DNA from: a virus
IMG/VR virus record: IMGVR_UViG_3300013126_000011
Length of the DNA: 64,000 bases
Strand: one strand, 5' to 3'
This document shows positions 1-8,463 of this stretch, piece after piece. The translations under genes and the position numbers were made by a program. Positions within the stretch are counted from its first letter, which is position 1; every line of letters begins with the position of its first letter. Below the pieces are notes generated by a model. The model saw nothing but the letters and a program-made list of their open reading frames with translations, was not told the origin of the DNA and did not search any database.

Positions 1-123
1 GATCTGTTATACAAACAGTCCTTGACAGCCAGCCTTCGATCTGTTATACAAACAGTCCTTGACAGCCAGCCTTCGATCTGTTATACAAACAGTCCTTGAC
101 AGCCAGCCTTCGATCTGTTATAC
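1..123 (+). repeat. 37-bp perfect tandem repeat (3 full copies + 12 bp; may extend left of the window)
   Basis: GATCTGTTATACAAACAGTCCTTGACAGCCAGCCTTC at 1-37, 38-74 and 75-111, partial at 112-123; no spacers. Confidence 0.97.
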
Positions 124-124
124 T
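96..124 (+). promoter_or_regulatory. sigma70-type early promoter (terminal copy of the repeat)
   Basis: TTGACA(96-101)-17 nt-TATACT(119-124) with TG extended -10; GAAAGGA SD and ATG 145 follow. Confidence 0.85.
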
Positions 125-144
125 CTGTTCTGAAAGGATCGAAA

Positions 145-345
145 ATGTTTGATCATCGGACAGGAACAATACGGCAATGAAACAAGAAGCAGCCCACAAG
201 ATTTTCTGCACCATTCACCGTGATCAACAGAAGTGATTGGTCGTACTTCTATACAACTCTTGACTTAGAAACTTTGGAGCTTTATTGTTCTGCGGATATG
301 CAACAAAGAATTAATGATAACTTAATTCAACAAATTGAGATTTGA
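145..345 (+). pseudogene. small beta-barrel-family gene interrupted by in-frame TGA at 178-180
   Basis: MFDHRTGTIRQ*NKKQPTRFSAPFTVINRSDWSYFYTTLDLETLELY...; LDLET motif matches downstream paralogs; good promoter and SD. Confidence 0.55.
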
Positions 346-347
346 TT

Positions 348-569
348 ATGGCAACTCCATCGAAGCTTAAAATTGGCAATCTGTATACATTTAAATCAAC
401 TAAATTTACCAAAGAAAAACCACATATTCTAATGTTTGTCGAAAAAATAACTTTGCATATTACAACAGAGCCAACATATCGATTTATGTTTCTTGATTTG
501 AATACAGCACAAATTGTGCGTTGTGCTCCATATAAAATCAGCTTGATGATCACGGTTGACAATAAATGA
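348..569 (+). CDS. small SH3/KOW-like paralog family protein
   Basis: KIGNLYTF...FLDLNTAQIV; stop overlaps the next ATG. Confidence 0.7.
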   Translation: MATPSKLKIGNLYTFKSTKFTKEKPHILMFVEKITLHITTEPTYRFMFLDLNTAQIVRCAPYKISLMITVDNK

Positions 570-841
570 ATAGTAATCTTATTGAACAGATTACACAAAA
601 GTATATTCCCAAACCTCAATTTACTCTCGATCTCCATGTTGGCTCTGTATATCGAATTGGAACCTATTTGCCGTATGAATCAAACGTGACATACAGATCT
701 TCGCTATATCTGTTTCTTGGAATTCCTGCTGATGCAGCATATGGAACAAAGCGTACATTTCTTGAGATCGATACAAATCAGATTGTTAACATTTCTGCAA
801 TGATCGATTTCTTTGAGCAGATTGATTTGAAGAAAAACTAA
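566..841 (+). CDS. small SH3/KOW-like paralog family protein
   Basis: HVGSVYRI...FLEIDTNQIV. Confidence 0.7.
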   Translation: MNSNLIEQITQKYIPKPQFTLDLHVGSVYRIGTYLPYESNVTYRSSLYLFLGIPADAAYGTKRTFLEIDTNQIVNISAMIDFFEQIDLKKN

Positions 842-1087
842 ATGAATCAAGCAGTCAACAATCTAAACCCTATTGTCTCCGTTGGTCAAGTATATCGATT
901 TGCAAAAGAAGACACATATTGGCTTACGATAGCAAAAGGAATCGGATGCTTTCGAGATAATTGGATTTGCCTAAATCTTGAAAACGGCAAGATTCAAGAT
1001 TGGGATATTGAAGGAAGATCAAATCTCAGCCATGCAAATTATACGTACTATACTGGCTCTGAACGAATGTACCTAATTGAGACGTAA
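842..1087 (+). CDS. small SH3/KOW-like paralog family protein
   Basis: SVGQVYRF...CLNLENGKI. Confidence 0.7.
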   Translation: MNQAVNNLNPIVSVGQVYRFAKEDTYWLTIAKGIGCFRDNWICLNLENGKIQDWDIEGRSNLSHANYTYYTGSERMYLIET

Positions 1088-1093
1088 ACAAAC

Positions 1094-1360
1094 ATGACTC
1101 CTGATTCTCTTGTTATTGGAAACGTATATAGCGTTAAATCGCTGATACCAAATGAAATCTGTCTATTGCGATATCCTCTCAATGGTAACGGGTGGAATCC
1201 CATTTTTATCTGGAGTACTCATCCAAACGTATTTGTAGAATACAATGAAAAGGATCTTGCTTATCGATTCTTGCATGTTCCAACAGGCAACCTATTTGAG
1301 ATCAAAAACAGAGCATGCATCAAACCAATGGAGCAATCAAATTTTAATGAAAATGAATAA
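1094..1360 (+). CDS. small SH3/KOW-like paralog family protein
   Basis: VIGNVYSV...FLHVPTGNLF. Confidence 0.7.
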   Translation: MTPDSLVIGNVYSVKSLIPNEICLLRYPLNGNGWNPIFIWSTHPNVFVEYNEKDLAYRFLHVPTGNLFEIKNRACIKPMEQSNFNENE

Positions 1361-1619
1361 CTTGATCGGATCGTTGTGCCATTATTATGATGAAAACGAC
1401 AACGGAAATCGTAAATGGGAAGTAGCTCAACATAAAAATCAATGGGAACTGTCTTTTACGTCGGAAAAGTTCGATGCATCAGAATTATTTCTTGTCGTTG
1501 ATCGATTAGCAGTGGCTTTTTCGACATGTCAATATGACTGTTATGTTGGATTGGATCTATGTTCGACAAAACTTTTTTGGCTTTTTCGTGAAGACTGTAT
1601 TAAACCAATTGTGTTATAA
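1353..1619 (+). CDS. small paralog family protein (start moved to ATG 1353)
   Basis: LIGSLCHY...GLDLCSTKLF; couples to the upstream stop. Confidence 0.65.
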   Translation: MNNLIGSLCHYYDENDNGNRKWEVAQHKNQWELSFTSEKFDASELFLVVDRLAVAFSTCQYDCYVGLDLCSTKLFWLFREDCIKPIVL

Positions 1620-1620
1620 A

Positions 1621-1845
1621 ATGCATAAATTTATTGTTGGAAACGTATATTATATAACACATCCTCAGCCAAATAAAACGCTTTTACATGAGCCTTATAT
1701 TTTTCTTTATGAATACGATGGAGACAGCAGAGAGTGGGGAAGATTTCTCAATATCGAAACAACCAAACAACTTATTTCTAAATTGGATTCTAGTTGGCAA
1801 CCGATCATCACACAATCCTTGGCAATCGGACCGATCATCACATAA
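1621..1845 (+). CDS. small SH3/KOW-like paralog family protein (start moved to ATG 1621)
   Basis: IVGNVYYI...FLNIETTKQL. Confidence 0.7.
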   Translation: MHKFIVGNVYYITHPQPNKTLLHEPYIFLYEYDGDSREWGRFLNIETTKQLISKLDSSWQPIITQSLAIGPIIT

Positions 1846-1859
1846 TCCTTGACAATCGG
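1800..1859 (+). repeat. 30-bp imperfect tandem duplication overlapping a promoter -35
   Basis: ACCGATCATCACACAATCCTTGGCAATCGG / ACCGATCATCACATAATCCTTGACAATCGG. Confidence 0.9.
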
Positions 1860-1877
1860 TTGCTCTGTTGCTATACT
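1849..1877 (+). promoter_or_regulatory. sigma70-type early promoter
   Basis: TTGACA-17 nt-TATACT with TG extension; GGAGG SD downstream. Confidence 0.85.
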
Positions 1878-1907
1878 GTAGGCAGATAAAAAACGGAGGT
1901 CTTCAAA

Positions 1908-2096
1908 TTGGTTAATGCTCTCGAAATTGGCAAGACATATAGGCACAGTACTTTGCCAGTTGGACCTTTGCTTTGTATTGAAGAGCATAAAGATTCTAAT
2001 GATCGTCTAACGGCTTCAATGCTCGATATCGAAACTGGTGAGATGCGTCTCATTTATACCAGTAGCAGAGTGATTCTCTTTTTAACAGAGGTTTAA
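1908..2096 (+). CDS. small SH3/KOW-like paralog family protein
   Basis: EIGKTYRH...MLDIETGEMR; GGAGG SD. Confidence 0.7.
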   Translation: MVNALEIGKTYRHSTLPVGPLLCIEEHKDSNDRLTASMLDIETGEMRLIYTSSRVILFLTEV

Positions 2097-2097
2097 A

Positions 2098-2412
2098 TTG
2101 TCTTCGCTTCCAATTGGAACTGTACTAAAGATTAAAAATAGGAACAAATTTTATGTCGTTGCGCTTCATAACGATCATAATTTTTTAAACCTTCAAAATA
2201 ATCAATTGGTAATATTGACTGAACGAATTGCGCATGCAACCAAGAAAGTTCCAAATCATCTTGTGTTTCTTCATCTCGACAGTGGAACATTGCTCAAAAT
2301 GACACAATTACATCTTCTTTGGGAAGCTCTTGAACGATTACCTTCGAACAATCAACTGAAGTCGGTACAGAAGCAACAATCAACAACTCTCAACAAAGAA
2401 GACAGTCTTTGA
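2098..2412 (+). CDS. small SH3/KOW-like paralog family protein
   Basis: PIGTVLKI...FLHLDSGTLL. Confidence 0.65.
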   Translation: MSSLPIGTVLKIKNRNKFYVVALHNDHNFLNLQNNQLVILTERIAHATKKVPNHLVFLHLDSGTLLKMTQLHLLWEALERLPSNNQLKSVQKQQSTTLNKEDSL

Positions 2413-2639
2413 GCCACAATATCGAATCCAATTGGGCTTCCAGTATTCCAGACGATCTGATTGGTTGTGCAATCATTGATAACAGATCTGTCCAACTTGG
2501 GATTATTTTAGAAAAAAATAATAAAGAAATTCTGGTGTTTTGGACAGAAGAGCAAAAGAGTCGTTCATTGGATATCAGTTTGTTGGCATATAAAGTATTT
2601 CATGGAGAGTGGCATATTGAGCAAAGCAATGTGGAATAA
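2409..2639 (+). CDS. hypothetical small beta protein
   Basis: operon-like overlap; LGIILEK...ILVFW. Confidence 0.6.
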   Translation: MSHNIESNWASSIPDDLIGCAIIDNRSVQLGIILEKNNKEILVFWTEEQKSRSLDISLLAYKVFHGEWHIEQSNVE

Positions 2640-3051
2640 TCAACCAATTACGTCAATATTCAAATCAAGAAAGCTTGGTGCTAGCACCTACAATAGTTCT
2701 CTTAATGACATTTCTGCTCGTTTTGTAGCCAATCTCATTATTGACAAATTTGGCGTCATTACCAAAAATCGTTGGGGCAGCGAACACTCCAATCATTCAA
2801 AACGAGAAAAGTTAACCGAACAGTGTATTTTCAGTTGCAATGTTGGCGATACGCTTATAATCAAAGAAGATCGAATTCTTCTGCAAGATACAATGCTCAA
2901 CAAAGACGATCTGTTGATTATTGTATCGAAAGACGAAAGTAGCCTGATGTGCGACGTTCTCAGCGTCGATCAAGCAGTTATATGCAAACTACCAACTTCT
3001 GTTAGCAATTACAGTCAATATGAACGATGGATTGAAAAGAAAGAGGTATAG
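2629..3051 (+). CDS. hypothetical protein with C-terminal SH3-like segment
   Basis: NVGDTLII...LLIIVSKD...CDVLS; start uncertain (2602 or 2629). Confidence 0.6.
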   Translation: MWNNQPITSIFKSRKLGASTYNSSLNDISARFVANLIIDKFGVITKNRWGSEHSNHSKREKLTEQCIFSCNVGDTLIIKEDRILLQDTMLNKDDLLIIVSKDESSLMCDVLSVDQAVICKLPTSVSNYSQYERWIEKKEV

Positions 3052-3056
3052 ATTAA

Positions 3057-3374
3057 ATGAAAAAGCAACGACTAAGCATTGAGATTCATCCATTTGAAGA
3101 AACAGCAATTCCGATCAGATATTTTGTTGAGCAGGACGGTAACGATGGAACATTCCAAATATCGAGCCTAGGCAACATTTGCTATTTTCGTTCTTTAAAT
3201 CCTATTGTTAGCGATAGCGATAGCAGTATCCTGTTTGTTGATAATGATTGGCTAACTGTCAACAACATTTTTACCAACGAATATGCCAAATGGAACCTAA
3301 GCAAGATCTTTTCTTGGTCTGCCAAAATTGAGGATATCGAAAATGAATCCGAATCCGTTCAATCTGGTGATTGA
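3057..3374 (+). CDS. hypothetical protein
   Basis: GAGG SD; operon packing. Confidence 0.6.
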   Translation: MKKQRLSIEIHPFEETAIPIRYFVEQDGNDGTFQISSLGNICYFRSLNPIVSDSDSSILFVDNDWLTVNNIFTNEYAKWNLSKIFSWSAKIEDIENESESVQSGD

Positions 3375-3615
3375 ATGCACTCACTTTCAAGTGATGCATG
3401 ACTCTGAAATGATTCTTGATTTTTGGAGTCCATATTTTCGAATTAACTCCGATCTGATCGGTTCTTCTTTGTTGACAACCCCAATCCACTATGATAGACT
3501 GATCATGTTGGTTAACGGAGTTGAGAATCGAATGGGAACCGAATCTCTGAGAGCTTGGACCAAAGGATTCCTAAGTAACAGCAATATCGAAAGGCAGCTA
3601 TCACGTGAGCGTTGA
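3343..3615 (+). CDS. hypothetical protein
   Basis: GAGGA SD before ATG 3343; contains an internal promoter. Confidence 0.5.
   Translation: MNPNPFNLVIECTHFQVMHDSEMILDFWSPYFRINSDLIGSSLLTTPIHYDRLIMLVNGVENRMGTESLRAWTKGFLSNSNIERQLSRER
3472..3500 (+). promoter_or_regulatory. sigma70-type promoter upstream of the DUF3228-like gene
   Basis: TTGACA-17 nt-TAGACT with TG extension. Confidence 0.65.
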
Positions 3616-4186
3616 TATCGGACTTCATCCTATTCTTGCTCGTCACACTCCAGAATCTAGGTTTACTCACTGGAACCTAAGCGAAGCAGATCTGATTGAG
3701 CGCGTCCAGCTAAACTGGTCTAAGCGAGTTGTCAGTTATCGGGAAGGAGTCTATGAGGTCGATATTCATCCTTCTGGATTCTTTTCTCCGGTAGTCTATC
3801 TGCAAGCTGGTGACACTCTTGTTGGAAACTATGAGTCTCGAATTGGTTCAGAGACTCCTAGAAAGACGACTCTTGTTTATCGACCCGGAGCAACCAAGAG
3901 TCCTGCAAAGGCAGTTAATGTGATTTGCTATCATCGAGATGTTCTTGCAGAAGATAACGAACAAGTCGATCATGAGTGGAATATTGTTTCTATCAATGCT
4001 CGAATCACTGATGAACCAGAGCCAATGACTGTTGGAACGCTGCTTGCCAATCATTTCAAGACAGACGGTGGGACAGCTACCAATATGACCAGCGAACAGT
4101 TTGAGACTGCTCTTCGGACGAGCTATAACTATTGGAAAGATAAGGGACTTTTGGCTCCAAGTAGCAATTGGTCAACATATGAATAA
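3605..4186 (+). CDS. DUF3228-like protein
   Basis: VICYHRDVLAE, WNIVSINA, EPMTVGTLLAN, GGT, SYNYW pattern. Confidence 0.7.
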   Translation: MSVDIGLHPILARHTPESRFTHWNLSEADLIERVQLNWSKRVVSYREGVYEVDIHPSGFFSPVVYLQAGDTLVGNYESRIGSETPRKTTLVYRPGATKSPAKAVNVICYHRDVLAEDNEQVDHEWNIVSINARITDEPEPMTVGTLLANHFKTDGGTATNMTSEQFETALRTSYNYWKDKGLLAPSSNWSTYE

Positions 4187-4484
4187 CGAACGAATCAGCG
4201 AAATTTTAAATCGCCCTTCTTTCAAGCAAAAAACGATTGTTGCAGACAATTGGGAGTACAAAATTGTTGCAGACAATTGGGAGTGCAAAGAGGATACTGT
4301 TACTTTTATCCCAGGCGAAGCATACAAGAGCTTTTTGGATCGAGAAGCAATTTTTATCTTTGTTGGATATTGGAGAGAAAATGAATATAATTTTCTTTTT
4401 CTCACCACAAAGGGCGACTATCAATATATGGCAGATTTTATTCAACGTCAATTGGGTTTTGAGAGAGCAGTGTTGTCGAAATGA
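4179..4484 (+). CDS. small paralog family protein with a 9-aa internal duplication
   Basis: IPGEAYKS...FLFLTTKG; IVADNWEYK/IVADNWECK. Confidence 0.65.
   Translation: MNNERISEILNRPSFKQKTIVADNWEYKIVADNWECKEDTVTFIPGEAYKSFLDREAIFIFVGYWRENEYNFLFLTTKGDYQYMADFIQRQLGFERAVLSK
4236..4289 (+). repeat. 27-bp in-frame tandem duplication
   Basis: ATTGTTGCAGACAATTGGGAGT(A/G)CAAA x2. Confidence 0.9.
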
Positions 4485-4699
4485 AACGTATCTGGCATAT
4501 TGGAAAAGTGTATAAACTCATATCGCCAGTGTTTACGATGGAAATTCTATATCCAGAGGATACGCTAGCAATTTGCGTGAAAAGTGAATGTCGAAATATG
4601 CTACACGATCTTTGCTTTATTGTGGAGGGAAGACTAATCAGACTAAGCCGCAATGTGGCTTGTGAAATCATTTCTAGAGAGGAAATTGATCTATCATGA
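4481..4699 (+). CDS. small paralog family protein
   Basis: HIGKVYKL; ATGA overlap. Confidence 0.6.
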   Translation: MKRIWHIGKVYKLISPVFTMEILYPEDTLAICVKSECRNMLHDLCFIVEGRLIRLSRNVACEIISREEIDLS

Positions 4700-5019
4700 C
4701 AAAGAACGATTTGACCAGAGAAGACATTGCAGTCTATGAAGAGTATCGATCTATGCTGCATTGTAGCTACAAGACAGCTAAGATTGGTAAGTATTGGAAG
4801 TCTCTGTCTCCGCTAGCGGTTGCTCAGATTTATGCAGTCGGTGTTGGAGATTATTCTTTGCTTGAAAAGGCAAGGGAAACCGTTCGTGAACAAAATATTC
4901 GTTCAGAAGCCCAACGAGTGGTCAGTACATTGCTGGGGTCTTCGAAGATCACTCCAATCACTCCAAACACTTGTAAGGAAATACTTGAAAAAGCCATGAA
5001 GATTCTTCAGAAGAGTTAG
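4696..5019 (+). CDS. hypothetical protein
   Basis: GAGG SD; ATGA overlap. Confidence 0.6.
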   Translation: MTKNDLTREDIAVYEEYRSMLHCSYKTAKIGKYWKSLSPLAVAQIYAVGVGDYSLLEKARETVREQNIRSEAQRVVSTLLGSSKITPITPNTCKEILEKAMKILQKS

Positions 5020-5030
5020 CTATTTATTGC

Positions 5031-5633
5031 ATGAAAACGATCATGGAATCTTGGAGAAAACGAATGCTTTCAGAGTCCGAAAACGATCAGACTCTTCAGA
5101 TGCTCTTGTCTAAGTCTGCTACATTCAGGAAACTGTGGCAAGATATGCACGAAAGCATTGAAGATACCAAATTTCATCTAGGCGAAACAACCCAGGAACA
5201 CACTCGAAAAGTCGTATCAGCATTGCGAGAGTTGTCAAAAGATCTTCCAGAAGCCAAACGAACACTATTTGAGCTTCTTGGATTCTTGCATGATATTGGC
5301 AAGCCTTCGACTCGTAAATGGAACGATGAAAAAGGTAAGGTAGTCTTTTATGGTCACGATAAGGCTGGCAAGGAACTAGCGGCAAAAGTGCTCGAAGAGA
5401 TTGCCTATGAAAACAAAGACCTTTTGCTAAGTCTGATTGGGCATCATATGGATATCTTTCAAGCTCTTAACACCAAGCAGTTTGCCTTCTTGGCAAAAGA
5501 CAAGCGATTTCCATATATTGAAGAACTAGCCTATATGGCAAAGGCAGATACGCTGGCAATCAACAAGGATCTTAGCAAAGAAATTGATGAGCTAGTAGTC
5601 AAAGTAAAGGAATTGAGAAACAGTGCAAAATAA
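5031..5633 (+). CDS. HD-domain phosphoesterase (type seen with CCA enzymes and Pnkp) with MKTIMESWRKRMLSE leader
   Basis: FHLGETTQEHT, LHDIGKP, FYGHDKAG, HHMD, KAD. Confidence 0.85.
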   Translation: MKTIMESWRKRMLSESENDQTLQMLLSKSATFRKLWQDMHESIEDTKFHLGETTQEHTRKVVSALRELSKDLPEAKRTLFELLGFLHDIGKPSTRKWNDEKGKVVFYGHDKAGKELAAKVLEEIAYENKDLLLSLIGHHMDIFQALNTKQFAFLAKDKRFPYIEELAYMAKADTLAINKDLSKEIDELVVKVKELRNSAK

Positions 5634-6702
5634 GCATCCAAATATCAAGCAGGTTGCTGCGGATACAGCATTAGCTCTTGATTTGTTTTCGGAAGCTTTG
5701 TTGGCTGACGCAAATGATGAAAAGACAAAAGACGTTGTTCAGAAGATCAAGAGCGACGAATTTGAGAAACCAGATCCACAGCGATTCTTGCGGTCAGTCA
5801 GTACTGATGCCAAGCATCCAGAAATGTTGTCAGCTTATTCAACTGCTAATTATGTGACAATGAAGCTGTTCAAGCTTGAAGGCTATAACATCGGATATGC
5901 AATCAAATCAGACGGTGATCTTGTATCTGTTCATAACAACGAGCACGATGTAGCTGGCATTGGAGAGATTTTAGTTGAAAGTGCCGTATCGCATGGAGCA
6001 ACAAAGCTCGATCACTTTGATATACCCATTTTAAATAAAATTTATCAGAAATTCGGCTTTAGGGAATATAAGCGTTATCCGTTCGATCCTCAATATGTTT
6101 CAGCCGACTTTATTCGAAAGTATGGAAAACCGGACGTAATCATGCGAAGCAGAACATTGTCAGAAAACAAAATGAAAGAAATCATGCACAATTTCATGTT
6201 GTCTGAATCTTTGTTTGGACTTGATGAAGCGGTGGATAGCCGACCAGAACTATATTTGCCAGTTGGCATTAGCGGTTCTGGTAAGTCTTCGTATATCCGA
6301 AAGAATTTTGATCCATCCATCGTTATTGAACCAGATGCTATTCGCAGGGAAGTAACCGGTTCTGTTAGCGATCAGTCACAAGAGAACAAGGTTTGGGGAA
6401 TCGTCTTTGCAAGACTGCGAAAGACTCTACAGCAATATGGTAAGGCAGTGTTGGACGCAACGAATGTTCGTTCCAGAAATCGAATGAGCGTTCTCAAGAT
6501 GTTCAAAAACGCAAAGAAAATTGCCATTGTATTTGACGCCGATCCGGAAATTGCAAAGCAGCGAGTTGCAAAAGATATCTCCAACAAGGTCGATAGAAGC
6601 AACGTACCAGCGGACGTAATTGATCGTCAATATGCAGCTTTCAAGCAAGATTATCCTCTGATCAATCAACAGTTTGACGAGGTATTTCACGTTAAATCGT
6701 AA
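5623..6702 (+). CDS. fusion: GNAT-like domain + AAA_33/polynucleotide kinase-like P-loop domain
   Basis: N-term GYAIKSDGDLVSVHN..GIG..KLDHFD..YQKFGF..PDV; C-term GISGSGKS, DAIR, DATN, R..VPADVIDRQ. Confidence 0.75.
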   Translation: MQNKHPNIKQVAADTALALDLFSEALLADANDEKTKDVVQKIKSDEFEKPDPQRFLRSVSTDAKHPEMLSAYSTANYVTMKLFKLEGYNIGYAIKSDGDLVSVHNNEHDVAGIGEILVESAVSHGATKLDHFDIPILNKIYQKFGFREYKRYPFDPQYVSADFIRKYGKPDVIMRSRTLSENKMKEIMHNFMLSESLFGLDEAVDSRPELYLPVGISGSGKSSYIRKNFDPSIVIEPDAIRREVTGSVSDQSQENKVWGIVFARLRKTLQQYGKAVLDATNVRSRNRMSVLKMFKNAKKIAIVFDADPEIAKQRVAKDISNKVDRSNVPADVIDRQYAAFKQDYPLINQQFDEVFHVKS

Positions 6703-6719
6703 TAAGGAACCAACATTTA

Positions 6720-8396
6720 ATGTTTGACGATAAAAAATGGCATCAGGTACTTCGTGAATCAATTTTAGAAGAAGACGAATCTCTTCGTTACGCTTCAAAA
6801 GACTATCGAGCAATCGATCCTCATAATCCACCTTCAATTCAAGAAATTTTAACCAATTGGGTTCAAAAAAATATTGCTCTATATGATGAACATATTCATG
6901 CTTATTATCCTGTCAAGCAGTTGATTCCTTGGCGAGAATACACTTGGTCTAGACAAAATGCTCGAATGTCTCCAGAGGAATACGACGATCTTAAATCTGA
7001 CATTGCCGAACGAGGTATTCAAAGTCCATTGATGATTGTTCTTGGCAGAAACGGAAAAGCCAAGATTGGTGAAGGAAACCATAGATTAGCAATTCTAATT
7101 GAACTAGGTTATACCGGTCTTGTTCCAGTTAGATTTTTATTTCATCAAAATGTCGAGAAAAACAGTCAAAATCTATATGAAAGCAAGCTAGCCGAATCTC
7201 AAAAAAGTTTCAAACTCCTTGAAGCTGCTGATATCGGTGGCAAAACCGTCAAGATGATTATGCGAACAATCATGCATGCTGGTGGAAAGCCATATATCAT
7301 TGGTGGCTCTGTACGCGATGAAATGATTGGCAAGGAAACTAGATCAAAAGATATCGATTTTGTTGTATGCGGTCTTCCACTAGAATCAATTGCTAATGCT
7401 CTCCGGTCTCTCGGCAAGGTTAATATGGTTGGCAAGTCTTTTGGAGTTGTCAAGGCGACCATCGAAGGTGACGAATATGATTTCGCCATTCCAAGAGCCA
7501 AAGAAACAAGAGTTGGGTCTGGTCATGGAGACTTTGAAATTGTCTTAGATCCTAACGCTCCAATTGAAGAAGATCTTTCTAGGCGAGATTTTACCATCAA
7601 TGCTCTAGCAAAAGATCCTTCTGGTAAAATCATTGATATTTTTGGAGGAATTCAAGACCTCAAAAACGGTATTATTCGTGCTGTTGGCATTCCAAAAGAA
7701 CGTTTTGCAGAAGATCCATTAAGAATGCTCAGAGCAATTCAATTTGCAACAAGATTCAATTTTGATATTGAACCAAAGACTGCTCAAGCGATTCGAGAAA
7801 ATAGAGCAGAATTAAGACGAATTTCTTCAGAACGAATCTTTGAAGAGTTTACGAAAGCGTGGACAAAGGGATTTGCTGATTCAAGAAAGCTAATTCTGCT
7901 ATTGAACAAACTTGCCGTTGGAACAACTTTATTTGGAGTCGATTTTGAGCCTATTGAATGGCAAAATAAAGAACCAGACTATTCAATTAAAACAGCTTTC
8001 GTTTCTTGCTTTGTTCGTGGAGGTGATGAAACAATCCTCAGAGCACCAACGGATCTGTTAGCTCTTTTGTATCTCGCAAGGATCGTATCCAAGACAGAAG
8101 CAGAGAACCTTTACAAGATCAAGAATATTCGAAGAACCAGATTAGAAGATGTAGCGAAAGTCTTCAGAAACATTATGGATATTCGTTTCAGAAATCTAGC
8201 TGAAAAGCTAGAAAAAATTCTTGAGCTGCCAATTGAACCAAAAGAACTTGACGTAACAGGCGAACAACTAATGCAACTAGGTCTTTCTGGTGCTCAGATT
8301 GGCGCAGCACAGTACAAAGTTTTGGAAGCAGTTCATCAAGGTCAGATTCAAAACAATCACCAAGAAATTCTAAACTTTATTTCTCCATTAAATTAA
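6720..8396 (+). CDS. cca: fusion: ParB/Srx-like domain + class II CCA-adding tRNA nucleotidyltransferase
   Basis: LKSDIAERGIQSPL..EGNHRL; GGSVRD..DIDF, DLSRRDFTINALA, EDPLRMLRAIQF, SERIFEE. Confidence 0.88.
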   Translation: MFDDKKWHQVLRESILEEDESLRYASKDYRAIDPHNPPSIQEILTNWVQKNIALYDEHIHAYYPVKQLIPWREYTWSRQNARMSPEEYDDLKSDIAERGIQSPLMIVLGRNGKAKIGEGNHRLAILIELGYTGLVPVRFLFHQNVEKNSQNLYESKLAESQKSFKLLEAADIGGKTVKMIMRTIMHAGGKPYIIGGSVRDEMIGKETRSKDIDFVVCGLPLESIANALRSLGKVNMVGKSFGVVKATIEGDEYDFAIPRAKETRVGSGHGDFEIVLDPNAPIEEDLSRRDFTINALAKDPSGKIIDIFGGIQDLKNGIIRAVGIPKERFAEDPLRMLRAIQFATRFNFDIEPKTAQAIRENRAELRRISSERIFEEFTKAWTKGFADSRKLILLLNKLAVGTTLFGVDFEPIEWQNKEPDYSIKTAFVSCFVRGGDETILRAPTDLLALLYLARIVSKTEAENLYKIKNIRRTRLEDVAKVFRNIMDIRFRNLAEKLEKILELPIEPKELDVTGEQLMQLGLSGAQIGAAQYKVLEAVHQGQIQNNHQEILNFISPLN

Positions 8397-8408
8397 AATC
8401 TAATCTGC

Positions 8409-8437
8409 TTGACATTTATCTAAATCTAGGCTATACT
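8409..8437 (+). promoter_or_regulatory. sigma70-type early promoter
   Basis: TTGACA-17 nt-TATACT; GGAG SD then ATG 8464. Confidence 0.85.
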
Positions 8438-8463
8438 GTATCTGCAATCGATGGAGACACGTA

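Noticed and set aside
1-123. CRISPR array (37-bp repeats, Cas4-like gene in the window)
   Set aside because: Repeats are head-to-tail with no unique spacers; the nuclease is 25 kb away and has no other cas genes beside it
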